This document shows positions 12,757 through 23,730 of a DNA stretch of 64,000 bases, piece after piece; position 1 is the first letter of the stretch; every line of letters starts with the position of its first letter. Source of the stretch: Marsupella aquatica. Taxonomy: Eukaryota; Plantae; Marchantiophyta. The notes under the pieces are model-generated. The model did no database searches. It was given only the letters and a program-made list of their open reading frames with translations, and had not been told where the DNA came from. A program made the position numbers and the translations under genes. The DNA is taken from assembly GCA_973895155.1 (NCBI GenBank), contig OZ316898.1, positions 35,540-99,539 of the forward strand. Direction: 5' to 3'.

Positions 12757-14554
12757 TACACCTGATCCCTATACAATCAAAGAAGCACAGAAAAGGCCCG
12801 ATTGGCCACAGTGGAGAGAGGCTATCAATACAGAAATGGACGCATTAATCAAAAGACAAGTATTCGGCCCAGTTAAGGTTGTACAACCAAAGAATGACTA
12901 TACAGATAGTCGTTTTATATTCGTTAGAAAACGCAATGCCCAAGGAGATGTCATAAGATATCGAGCAAGGCTTGTAGCGAAAGGCTACACCCAAATCCCT
13001 GGAAGGGATTACGATTTAACCTATTCGCCAGTTATGGATGTAACTACCTTTAGGTACTTAATATCTTTTTCAAGAAAGCATAAACTCAAAAACATACTCA
13101 TGGACGTGGTAACTGCGTACCTATATGGAGTCTTAGACTCCGAAATATATATGAAAGCTCCAAAGGAATTGCTCGAAAGAGTGGTAGAGCACATCCAGGG
13201 GAAGAATATACATACCCTAAGTCAGGACATGAAGTCGGGACTTCGACAGATTGTCCCTGATGATGACATTAAAGGCCTAGTGTTGAGCAGTGGCAACACA
13301 CTCAAAGAACCACTCCAGTACCCAGGTAAATATGGGACTGGACAGCAGGCATTTGCTGTGCAAGTCCTTAAATCAATAAACGGACTGAAACAGAGCGGAC
13401 GCATCTGGTATCAGACATTCAAAACTAAGATGCAGACTCTTGGCTTTATAAATGACGACCTCGCCCCTTGCATTTTTATAAAACACCTAGCACCTGAGTT
13501 CGTGATATTAGCACTATATGTTGATGACGTCAATCTGTTCGGCACCCCCAAGCTATTAAAGCAGACTATTAATACAATGAAGGGCATCTTCGAAATGAAA
13601 GAACTGGGAGAACCGACGTATTGCCTCGGTCTACAGTTCGACCACCTGCCACAAGGTATGTTTATTAGTCAATCAACTTACACAAAGAAAATTCTTCGAC
13701 AGTTTAACATGCAGAATGCTTACTCAGTCTCGACTCCCATGGAGATGCGATCCCTGGACACCACTAAAGATATGTTTAGAAGGAGACAAGAAAATGAACC
13801 ACTTCTTGATGCAGACAAGCCTTATTTATCTGCAATCGGAGCTCTCCTCTATCTGGCGAACAACACCCGTCCCGACATTTCATTTGCAGTGAGTCTCTTG
13901 GCACGACATAGCGCCCAACCTACTATTCGCCACTGGAACGGCATCAAACGACTATTTCGTTATCTTCAAGGCTCCATGGATATGGGCCTGTATTTCGCCA
14001 ATGATAACCCGGATGAACTGCAAGGATACGCGGACGCTGGATATCTATCCGATCCGCATGACTCGAAATCTCAGACTGGTTATGTCTTCTTGCAAGGCAA
14101 CACAGCAATATCATGGCGCAGTACAAAACAAACCTTGACTACCACATCGTCCAATCATTCAGAAGTAATAGCTCTTTACGAAGCAACAAGAGAAGCGCTA
14201 TGGCTTCGAAACATCATAAACCACATCCACAAGAATACTGGTAAGCCACTACTCACCAAACCGACGATTATCCATGAAGATAACAAAGCTTGCGTGGACC
14301 AAATCAATGCAGGATATATGAAGACAGACCGCACGAAGCATATCGACCCAAAATTTTTCTTTACCCATGAACAGATAGGGCAGCACATCAATGTGCACTG
14401 GAAGAGCTCCCAGGAGAACTGTGCTGATCTATTCACGAAGCCATTACCCGCCAGCCTCCATCGAAAGCACGTAGCAGCGATCGGCATGACAAGATTGTCG
14501 ACATTGCGCCCGCCCGTCGACACACAAACGAGAGAAACTCCACAATTTGAATGA
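12650..14554 (+). CDS. Copia polyprotein part 2: reverse transcriptase and RNase H (shifted frame)
   Basis: RYRARLVAKG, MDVVTAYLYG, GLKQSGRIW, LYVDD, GYADAG, HEDNKAC, ADLFTKPL. Confidence 0.92.
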   Translation: MKKCLFNTHTGHIYARSNTIIDEQFAYHIAQSISNDTPDPYTIKEAQKRPDWPQWREAINTEMDALIKRQVFGPVKVVQPKNDYTDSRFIFVRKRNAQGDVIRYRARLVAKGYTQIPGRDYDLTYSPVMDVTTFRYLISFSRKHKLKNILMDVVTAYLYGVLDSEIYMKAPKELLERVVEHIQGKNIHTLSQDMKSGLRQIVPDDDIKGLVLSSGNTLKEPLQYPGKYGTGQQAFAVQVLKSINGLKQSGRIWYQTFKTKMQTLGFINDDLAPCIFIKHLAPEFVILALYVDDVNLFGTPKLLKQTINTMKGIFEMKELGEPTYCLGLQFDHLPQGMFISQSTYTKKILRQFNMQNAYSVSTPMEMRSLDTTKDMFRRRQENEPLLDADKPYLSAIGALLYLANNTRPDISFAVSLLARHSAQPTIRHWNGIKRLFRYLQGSMDMGLYFANDNPDELQGYADAGYLSDPHDSKSQTGYVFLQGNTAISWRSTKQTLTTTSSNHSEVIALYEATREALWLRNIINHIHKNTGKPLLTKPTIIHEDNKACVDQINAGYMKTDRTKHIDPKFFFTHEQIGQHINVHWKSSQENCADLFTKPLPASLHRKHVAAIGMTRLSTLRPPVDTQTRETPQFE

Positions 14555-14917
14555 GCAGCTTGAGCCGACAGACGACAGCCGACTCGACGACGATGCAACC
14601 TAAAACTTTCATTCCTGTATACATAGACAGAATATGATTTCTCATACCAATACAAGATAGAATAATTATTATCGTAAACACCCCATTTAAACTAAGGGGA
14701 AGTAGTTTTAGTAATAGGGGACCCAAATTAAACTTTACATTTGGACAAATTATAAGGTAGACTCACCTTAGTGCAAATTTAAGAAAATCCTACTAATGGT
14801 GGCTAGAACCCTTTTTCCTTATGAAGAAAGCAGAAGGTTTTAATGGGGCAGCACCAAAAAATAAACATAGGGTTAGTAGTGTGGTGATTTTATACCCCTA
14901 AACTCTCCAAGGGGAAG

Positions 14918-15081
14918 TGTTGTAACCATTTACTCTAGACCATGGTTAACCCCTAACCCTATCCTGAAGGGGTAACATGGGTTAACACCAACCCCAACAT
15001 GTAACCCTATGGTGACTATATAAGTCACACCCATAATGGAACACAACAGCGAGTTGCAAGTCTCTCCATTGTCACACAACA
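14918..15081 (+). repeat. 3' LTR of the copia element
   Basis: Identical to the 5' LTR; preceded by the PPT at 14909-14917. Confidence 0.95.
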
Positions 15082-15609
15082 CATACCACACAACTTCATA
15101 TTCAGTTATGGAGACTCGCTTCCTCCTCTCTTCCCCAGCTTCTCCTTTGTGACCTTGACAGTGACTACCTCAACTGTGTCTGCCTTGGTTGTGCAGTCTT
15201 CAAGCTGAAATACCTTTATCCCTACTCTTAACACCATGATTGCCCTTATTCTTGCCAACTTGCTAATTGTTATGCGGTATCAATAGCTACTCCTTGCATA
15301 CAGCAACCTAGTTACTCAGATTATAGAATAAGGACCATGTCATCGGCGTCACAAAAGGTGACGAGCTCATTAAGGAATTCTAGAAGCATTGACCAAGCTT
15401 TGTTTCCTTTGTATTTCTCACGAACCTAATTGAATGGTGACACTTTTGATGCTAACCGAGTCCAATGGTTTCAACATGAATGTTATAGCTGCAAAAGACT
15501 TTAATTGGAAATGTTATGGGAGTGCGGGATTACAAGTGAGTCACCATGAATGCTAGTGGTGTATGAATACTTAAAAAATCATGTTATGGGAGCCTTCGGC
15601 CCGCCTTCG

Positions 15610-16740
15610 GTAACCACCCGTAAGTCACCCTAATCAATACTAGCGGACTTTAAAGGTTTTAATAATAATGTTGTGGGAGTCCAAATGTTGAAACGTCGAG
15701 ACCGTGCACCGCATGTAGGAGACCATGCACCGCGCTCCCTAAAAACCCTAAAATGGCCTGAAGACCAGCCTCATTGCAAGCGCAGTGAGGAGAAGATATA
15801 TATAGGTAACCACCTGTAAATCACCCTAATCAATACTAGCAGACTTTAAAGGTTTTAATAATAATGTTGTGGGAGTCCAAATGTTGAAACGTCAAGACTG
15901 TGCACCGCATGTAGGAGACCATGCACCGCGCTCCCTAAAAACTCTAAAATGGCCTGAAGACCGGCCTCATTGCACGCGCAGTGAGGAGAAGATATATACA
16001 GGGGTTGTGATCATGAGTTGACATTTTGAGAATGGCAGGATTGGAGTTATCCCTTTGTGTGTGCAAGGCTGGGGCAGGGAGCCACGACAAAGAAGGTAAG
16101 GGTTTAGGGTAAACCCCTAAACACGTAAACACAAAACCCTAACCGTCGGGAGGGAAGGCTGAGGGGTGCCCTGGTTTTCTGCCATGAATGGAGTTTGAGG
16201 TAATTCCAGGTTTGGGCAACCCTAATAAACCCTAAACTTTGGGCGGGTGTGCGCTGGCCAGCCGCACAGGGAGAGGCTCTATGCGATAGTCGCGCAGAGG
16301 GGAGTGGAAGAAGGCAAGGGTTTAGGGAAAACCCCTAAACCTGTAAACACAAAACCCTAACTGCCAGGAGGGAAGGCTGAGTGGTGCCCTGGTTTGATAC
16401 CATCGGGGCTCATGATGAGATTGCTGCACTATGCGGGGTTGTGATCATGAGTTGACATTTCAAGAATGGCAGGATTGGAGTTATCCCTTTGTGTGTGCAA
16501 GGCCGGGGCAGGGAGCCACGACGAAGAAGGTAAGGGTTTAGGGAAAACCCTAAACACGTAAACACAAAACCCTAACCGCTGGGAGGGAAGGCTGAGGGGT
16601 GCCCTGGTTTTCTGCCATGAATGGAGTTTGAGGTAATTCCAGGTTTGGGCAACCCTAATAAACCCTAAACTTTGGGCGGGTGTGAGCTGGCCAGCCGCAC
16701 ATGGAGAGGCTCTACACGATAGTCGTGCAACCGGGGGGGG
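15610..16740. repeat. Local tandem duplications (~195 bp x2, then ~435 bp with a partial second copy) rich in AAACCCTAA/TTAGGG motifs
   Basis: Direct repeats, e.g. GGTAACCACC...AGATATAT at about 15609 and 15804, and GGGGTTGTGATCATGAGTTGAC at about 16001 and 16435. Confidence 0.7.
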
Positions 16741-17615
16741 TGAAAGAAGGCAAAGGTGGGACTAGTACAGTAGTGGTGCTAGTATAGTTTTGTGGAGGGC
16801 GTTCGTGTTCTCTAAGGCAAGTGATGTGCCCATGGAGTGAACATGGGTTGAGGGTGGGTCACGCGTCCTGGTTGCTATAAAGCCAGGAATCGGGTGTCGC
16901 AAAATTAGATGGCGGGGAAATGAGTGAGTGTTACGGAATTGGCCAGAAAGAGGACGGTGAATCCCATGAGTGAAGTTCCAGGAGAGGCAGAGGTGAGGTA
17001 GTCCACAGTGGCTGCAGCGTATGGAGAGGCTCTACGCGATAGATGGCAGGGTGGGCAGAGTTGGTGCGTGGGGAGTATGGAAAGACGGCCTCAGTGCTAT
17101 CCGGGCTCCCGAAGGAGTGACGTTTGAAGAATGGTGCAGGGATTGATTTACTTTGTATTTTCATGGCACGACTGTCTTTTTTGGGTGTTCGTGGCAAGAA
17201 GAACACGAAACTAGGGTAAACCCTGAACCGTAAACGGTAAACCCCGAACCATAAATGTGAGTTGACATTTGGAGGATGGCAGGATTGTAGTTGATCCCTT
17301 GGTGTATTGGGGGCCGTGGGAGGGAGCCACGAGGAACAACGCAAGGGTAAGGAAACCCTATAATAAACCCTATATGTCGGGGAGGGAGGGTGGACAGAGT
17401 TGATGCGAGGGGAGTATGGGAAGAAGGCCGCAGTGCTATCCGGGCTCCCAAAGTAGTGACTTTTGAAGAATGGCACGGGGATCGACTTGCTTTGTAATGT
17501 TGGTTCCTTGTATGTTCATGGCGGGACGGTCTTTTTCGGGCACTCATGGCAAAAAGACCACGAAAAAGACCGCAAAGACCGGGCATTGCGATCGCTGGGC
17601 TGCACAAAAATGTAT

Positions 17616-18835
17616 ATACCAGCCCAACCATGGCGCAGAAGGGAAATTGAAGGCGATAAGCACATTAAGGAACCAGATTGAAGGCGGGCGGCAGGAATTC
17701 TAGAAGGCCAATGCTTCCCAACCAAAATACCAGCCCAACCATGGCGCAGAAGAGAAATTGAAGGCGATGAGCACATTAAGGAACCAGATTGAAGGTGGGC
17801 GGCAGGAATTCTAGAAGGCCAATGCTGCCCGTCCAAAATACCAGCCCAACCATGGCGCAGAAGGGAAATTGAAGGCGACGAGCACATTAAGGAACCAGAT
17901 TGAAGGCGGGCGGCAGGAATTCTAGAAGGCCAATGCTTCCCGACCAAAATACCAGCCCAACCATGGCGCAGAAGAGAAATTGAAGGCGATGAGCACATTA
18001 AGGAACCAGATTGAAGGTGGGCGGCAGGAATTCTAGAAGGCCAATGCTGCCCGTCCAAAATACCAGCCCAACCATGGCGCAGAAGGGAAATTGAAGGCGA
18101 CGAGCACATTAAGGAACCAGATTGAAGGCGGGCGGCAGGAATTGTAGAAGGCCAATGCTTCCCGACCAAAATACCAGCCCAACCATGGCGCAGAAGAGAA
18201 ATTGAAGGCGATGAGCACATTAAGGAACCAGATTGAAGGTGGGCGGCAGAAATTCTAGAAGGCCAATGCTGCCCGTCCAAAATACCAGCCCAACCATGGC
18301 ACAGAAGGGAAATTGAAGGCGACGAGCACATTAAGGAACCAGATTGAAGGCGGGCAACAGGAATTCTAGAAGGCCAATGCTTCCCGACCAAAATACCAGC
18401 CCAACCATGGCGCAAAAGAGAAATTGAAGGCGATGAGCACATTAAGGAACCAGATTGAAGGTGGGCGGCAGGAATTCTAGAAGGCCAATGCTGCCCGTCC
18501 AAAATACCAGCCCAACCATGGCGCATAAGGGAAATTGAAGGCGACGAGCACATTAAGGAACCAGATTGAAGGCGGGCAACAGGAATTCTAGAAGGCCAAT
18601 GCTTCCCGACCAAAATACCAGCCCAACCATGGCGCAAAAGAGAAATTGAAGGCGATGAGCACATTAAGGAACCAGATTGAAGGTGGGCGGCAGGAATTCT
18701 AGAAGGCCAATGCTGCCCGTCCAAAATACCAGCCCAACCATGGCGCAGAAGGGAAATTGAAGGCGACGAGCACATTAAGGAACCAGATTGAAGGCGGGCA
18801 ACAGGAATTCTAGAAGACCAATGCTTCCCGACCAA
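17616..18835. repeat. 111-bp tandem array, about 11 units, with alternating A/B variants (222-bp higher-order repeat)
   Basis: Unit ATACCAGCCCAACCATGGCGCAGAAG...GGCCAATGCT(T/G)CCCG(A/T)CCAAA recurs every 111 bp; diagnostic variants alternate. Confidence 0.92.
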
Positions 18836-19512
18836 GCTTTGTTTCCTTTGTATGTCATTTCCCACGTACCTAATTGAATGGTGACACTTTTGATGCTAAC
18901 GGAGTCCGAAGGTTTTGACATGAATGCTATAGCTGCAAAAGAGTTTAGCTGGAAATGTTATGGGAGTGCAAGATTGCAAGTCAGTCACCATCAATGCTAG
19001 TGGTGTATGAATATTTAAAAAATAATGTTATGGGAGTCTATGGTAACCACCCGTAAGTCACCCTACTCAATACTAGCGGAGTTTAAAGGTTTAAACAATA
19101 ATGTTGTGGGAGTCCAAATGCTGAAATGAAGAGACCGTGCACCGCATGTAGGAGACCGTGCACTAGGCTCCCTAAATACCCTGAAATGGCCTAAAGACCG
19201 CCCTCATTGCACGCGCTATGCGGAGAAGATATGTACAGCTACAGTAGGGTTGCACACGCCCCCTAGTACTCGCACCCTCAAAACTGGGGGCGACCCTCAC
19301 CCTCAACCATCATGGAACCGCTCCCCCACCCTCACCCCCAACTCGTTACACCCCCAGCTCGTTACACCCCCAAATTCTATAGTAGGGTTGCACACGCCCC
19401 CTAGTACTCGCACCCTCAAAACTGGGGGCACCCTCACCCTCAACCCCCATGGAACCCCTCCCCCACCGTCACCCCCAGCTTGTTACGCCCCCAAATGCTA
19501 CAATAGGGTTGC

Positions 19513-22500
19513 TGTGGTGCGTCCCATGGCTCCCTAAACCCAAGAAACCCCCCAGCTCAAGCCGATTCCCGCAGGTTTCGCGCTTGGCAAGGCCGTTTCC
19601 GCGGCTTAGCGGCATGGGACGCTGCTAACCTTCTACTACTACTATTAACATTTTACACACATATACTGGACAGATCCTTCATCGGGTCATGAGATACGTA
19701 GCCGGCCTAATCTAGGCCTTCCCTCATCTTCCCCTCCGTCTTGTTAAGTATGTTTGGATTCCGCCGCCGGAATGATCCCCAATAGGCTTGGTTAAGCCGC
19801 TAAGACCTCTCTCAGCTCGACACATCCAACTCTCACTCCCCTGCTTACTTTCCTTCCTTCTAGTTGATGTGGGCACTCTTCACACAAGTTAAACCCTAAA
19901 CGCCCTGCCCACTCACGCCTCCTCCCTCCACGTCCGCCCTTCCTAAAAGGAACGGCGCCCTTGCACCGTCACGACACCGGTGGTGGATCCTTAATGGACG
20001 CCCCCAACGCTTCCTCCTCAGCCACTGCCGTAGGTTCATTCTCTGACAGATTACCTGCCCTTGACTGAGTCAACTCTCCATCGGCCTGACTGGGTCCACC
20101 ATCGGCATCGGCTCGGGAATCGGTTACGGCCTCAGCCTCGGTTACGGCCTCAGCCTCGGCTACGGTCTCCCGGCCTGCTCAAGAGGCGGATCTGGGATAC
20201 TGGCCTCATTATTGAGTAGTTCGGCTTGGGCCGCACCATCCCCACCCTTGATGATAGCGGAATCTATTGCCGTATTCATGTCGGAGGTTGGTGCTGGGTC
20301 TACCTCCTTGGTCACCACGGCCTGTGGAGTCGGATTACTCCTTGACCCTGAAGGTTTCCGCTTCTTCTTCTTTTCTGGTTCGGCAGCTGGTCCCTTCCCC
20401 TTCCCACTTACTTCCGGCACTGGTGCAGGTGGCGCGGCTTTTTCTTCGGCCAGTACCACTCCTGGTAACTTGGTTGCCCCAATTGGAGTTGGGCCTGATG
20501 AAGACAAGCACTTAAATACTACGGCTTGTTTCTTCAGCCGCTCTGTTTGGTTGTCGGCCCGCCGCTGGAGGTTCTCCATCTTCCTCGTGATTTCCTCCAA
20601 CTCCTCCTGGGTCTCATCCAGGTCCTTGCGCGCCTCCTCTAGTTCCTTCTGGGCTTCCTCCCATTCTTTTTTCAAGGTAGTCCTCTCCTCCCGGGTTGCT
20701 CTTAGCTCCTTGTCGAGCTCTGCAATGATGACAGACTCCATCTGGTTCATCTTGGCGTAAGTCTGATCGAGCATCTCGTCCTTCTCCCTTAGGTTGGCCT
20801 TGAAGCTGGCCGTCAGGGACGCAAGCTCCTGCTGCAGCGCCATAATCCCTTGATAGGATTTTCCTAACTCGGCCTCCTTCTGCTCAAGGGCTCCGCGGAT
20901 TTTCTCGAGCTCCCCCTTCAACGCCCATTCCTTTCTTTGGGTCTCCGCCATGGCCCGGCTATTGGCTGTTATGTGGGCCTCCTCTGCATTCCTTAGCTCT
21001 CGCTTCCACTTCTCCCTCTCTTTGATCGTATCGGCCAACTCTCCCTGCGTCTGAGTCAGTTTATCCTTGATATTCTGATTATCAGCCTGCGCGGTGTCCA
21101 ACTGCCCCTGCATGATGTTCAGCTCATGCCGTTTAATCCGCAGTTCATCTTGGGCTTTCTTGGCCGCCCTTAGATCTTCAATCTCGGCTTCCATCCTCCT
21201 AAGCCGCTGAATGACCTCGTCCTTCTTGCTTCTCTCTAAAGCCACCGCTTCTTCTAATTGGTGCTTCTCCAACTGCTCCCTATGGAAAAAGGGTCCTACC
21301 TCCAACTCCTCTCCAAAGATGCCGAGCGCAAGTTCCCCACACATCTCACCATACTCCATGGCTCTATTCTTAGCGTAGGTGGAGTAAGTAGAAGTGATCG
21401 GCATCGCCCATCGCGGCCTTTGCTCCCAAGCCGTCTTGTGGATCTCTTCAATCGTGGCTAGAGGTTTGCTTCCTTTTTTGGCTAGCCGCCTGATGTCCTC
21501 CGGCCAATCTCCTCCTGGTAAATCCTTTTCCCTAGCCAGGGCTGCCTCCTCTTCCTGCCTGATTCGCTCCTGAAATTCCTGTGCCGTCTGTTTTATGCCG
21601 TCAAAGCTCGGGGCAGCAACATCTGGTGGGGGAGACTCAGGGCTACTCTACTGGTTGGGGTCCCCTCGTACTACCCTTGGAAGTGTGGGGACAAACCGGC
21701 CACAGGTCCTTACTCCTGGAACGTGATGGTCCGACCCATAGCCGGAGTTATCATGGCTGCAGTCCTCCATTGCCTCCTCTACTTCTTGGACGTCCGGCTT
21801 CTCCCTCTCCTCTTCGTCGGTAGGAGCTTCAGGCAATTCTGCCTCAGATTCAGGGCTTGAGACTCCCACATACATTCGAACACCTGGCTTGGATTCCGGC
21901 CTGATTCTCTCCTTGTCTCCAGCAAAGGGGTTTTCTCTTGTGAGCCGGTGTAGGCCTACCTCTGGAGTAGTGTCCTGCATTGTTGCCGTTGCCGTTGTCG
22001 TTGCCGATGCCGATCTCTTTTCTTTCTCCAGTAGTTTCAGCAGACTCTGCATGCCTGGTTGCTGCATCGGCAAGTCCTCCGTCCTTGGCCTAAACACCTG
22101 CTCGATCATAGGGCTAACAGGTGGTTGAGGCTTCTCTGCTAACGGCCTCGGCGTTGGAGCTTCCTCGGGTGCCCTTACCTGCAGGGGAAGTACTGGGGCA
22201 AAAGTCTGACCTCTGGCATACCGGCACAACAGCGGCATGTGATAGCCAAGCCGCGACACGCTCCCCATGCCGATTACCTGCTGCTCCTCCTTTAAGATCT
22301 TCTTCAATTGGTTGAGGAGGTACCCGTTGTAGTCCCGACTTGGGTCTGGCCTCTCTGCCAGATAGACCTATGCCTTGCCGATCTCTGCCCTTGGCAAGTT
22401 ACAATGCATGGTCACCCGCAAGAAGTCGATCATCTCTCCTATGTGCGGGTTGGTGCAGGTGTTCCGGAAGAAGCCATTCTTCGTTGATGGCCCGGGGAAC

Positions 22501-23730
22501 GACCGGAACTCCTTGTCAGGCAAGGTCTTCCTGGTATCAACTTTGGTCTTATTGCCTATCGGCAAGCCAAACACTTCGGCAATCACTTTGGGAGTAAGAT
22601 AGAAATCCTTCCCATATATCCTCGTGCAATTGGTCTCGGGTTCCCATGACCCCACGAATTCTAATAGGTCTGACTCCGGTACCTCCGGCTTCAGCCATGG
22701 TAATCTTACAAAGGCCTCTAAGCCGGATCCGGCCATGAAGCCTTGATACTTCTTGGTCTGCATGGCCGTAAAGCATGCATCCTCCTCCCGTGCAAAATGT
22801 AGTTGCACCTCCACCGATAGGGTTGCCGCCCAGCCCTTCCAGGTGTCATCCCTGGTTGGAATGGCCTTGATGGGATCGACCTCCTCTTCTTTGGCTTCTC
22901 CCTGCCTCCTGCTTTGCTGCTCGATTGGCTTCTTTGGTGCCGCCGACCTCATTCTTTTTGCCGGGGTGGCTTCATCGTTGACGGCTCCCTTCCTCTTCAT
23001 CTCTGCTGCCGTGGAGGTTTCTCCTAGCACCGTTGCCTGGGTCCACCTTTCCGTGCTACCCTTTAATTCCCAGTGTATGTCGTTGCAATTCTTGATGGCC
23101 TCTCGGATGCCAACGACGCTGTCTTTGCAAAACAGAAGATCGTCGAGTTAATTGGAAGTAGGAGTCCACAAGAACTCGTCCTTGATGAGTTCGCCTCCTA
23201 AGAAAGCCGTCTTCTGCAGCTCCCACAATCGAGCGAGCTCCTGCCGTTCTCGAGCTGCCCTTTCTGATTCCTCGTCCTCGTAAGTCTTGATGTACTCAGT
23301 TGCCCGTTCGAACAGGCATCCCCAGAAATGTGCCACTTGATTGACGTTGCTCATACCCTCCTTAGGTTGATCGTCGGTATCTACTCTCTCCCCGAGTGCT
23401 TGCCTAAGCAGCTGACAGTAGTTGGCCTCCCGTAGTCGTCTGCCTAGTTCGTGCTCACAACTGAGCCACCATCTCCTGCAAGCGCTCCTTACCCCTCTCC
23501 TCTTCAGGTCCTTCCTCCCGTTGATCCTTCCTAGCCGCCGACGCTTAACGCGCCCTAACCCTAATTGAGTTTTCACCCCCAGCGTCCTTACCTCCGGCCT
23601 CGGCCCAGGTTCCATGGTCGCCCCTAATTGTTTATATTTTCCTTGTTTTGTCCCTATACTAAGGTGTTTCTAGGGTGCCTTCCTGCTTTACCCACTTAAC
23701 TGGCCGAGTGATTCCTGTCTAGACATCACA
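19513..23730 (-). mobile_element. Solo LTR (4,218 bp) of the coding-LTR gypsy family
   Basis: Reverse complement of LTRs 46156-50850 and 57075-61730; TG...CA termini; TSD GTTGC on both sides. Confidence 0.95.
19969..23615 (-). pseudogene. Disrupted copy of the LTR-encoded PMD-like/coiled-coil protein
   Basis: Fragments 23615-23148, 23030-22368, 22307-21648 and 21404-20160 are colinear with ORF 57151-60813. CAA/CAG-to-stop changes and one frameshift near 20170. Confidence 0.9.

Larger units (their letters stand above)
9297..15081 (+). mobile_element. Full-length Ty1/copia retrotransposon, Bianca-like lineage, recent insertion
   Basis: Identical 164-bp LTRs (TGTTG...CAACA), TSD CATAC, PBS CGTTATCAGC, PPT AAGGGGAAG, domain order gag-PR-INT-RT-RH. 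Confidence 0.95.
6919..15353. mobile_element. Solo LTR family A, copy 2, interrupted by a nested copia element
   Basis: 6919-9200 and about 15220-15353 align to 1972-4320. TGTCAC...GTCACA termini. TSD GAAGG/AAAGG (one mismatch). The flanks rejoin as a 111-bp-type repeat unit. Confidence 0.8.

Noticed and set aside
16090-17370. AAACCCTAA/TTAGGG motifs as an interstitial telomere
   Set aside because: Isolated, dispersed motifs rather than a tandem telomeric array.
17516-18865. 449-aa minus-strand ORF with a 37-aa repeat
   Set aside because: It follows automatically from a 111-bp unit lacking a stop in one frame; homology points to the plus strand as the ancestral coding frame.
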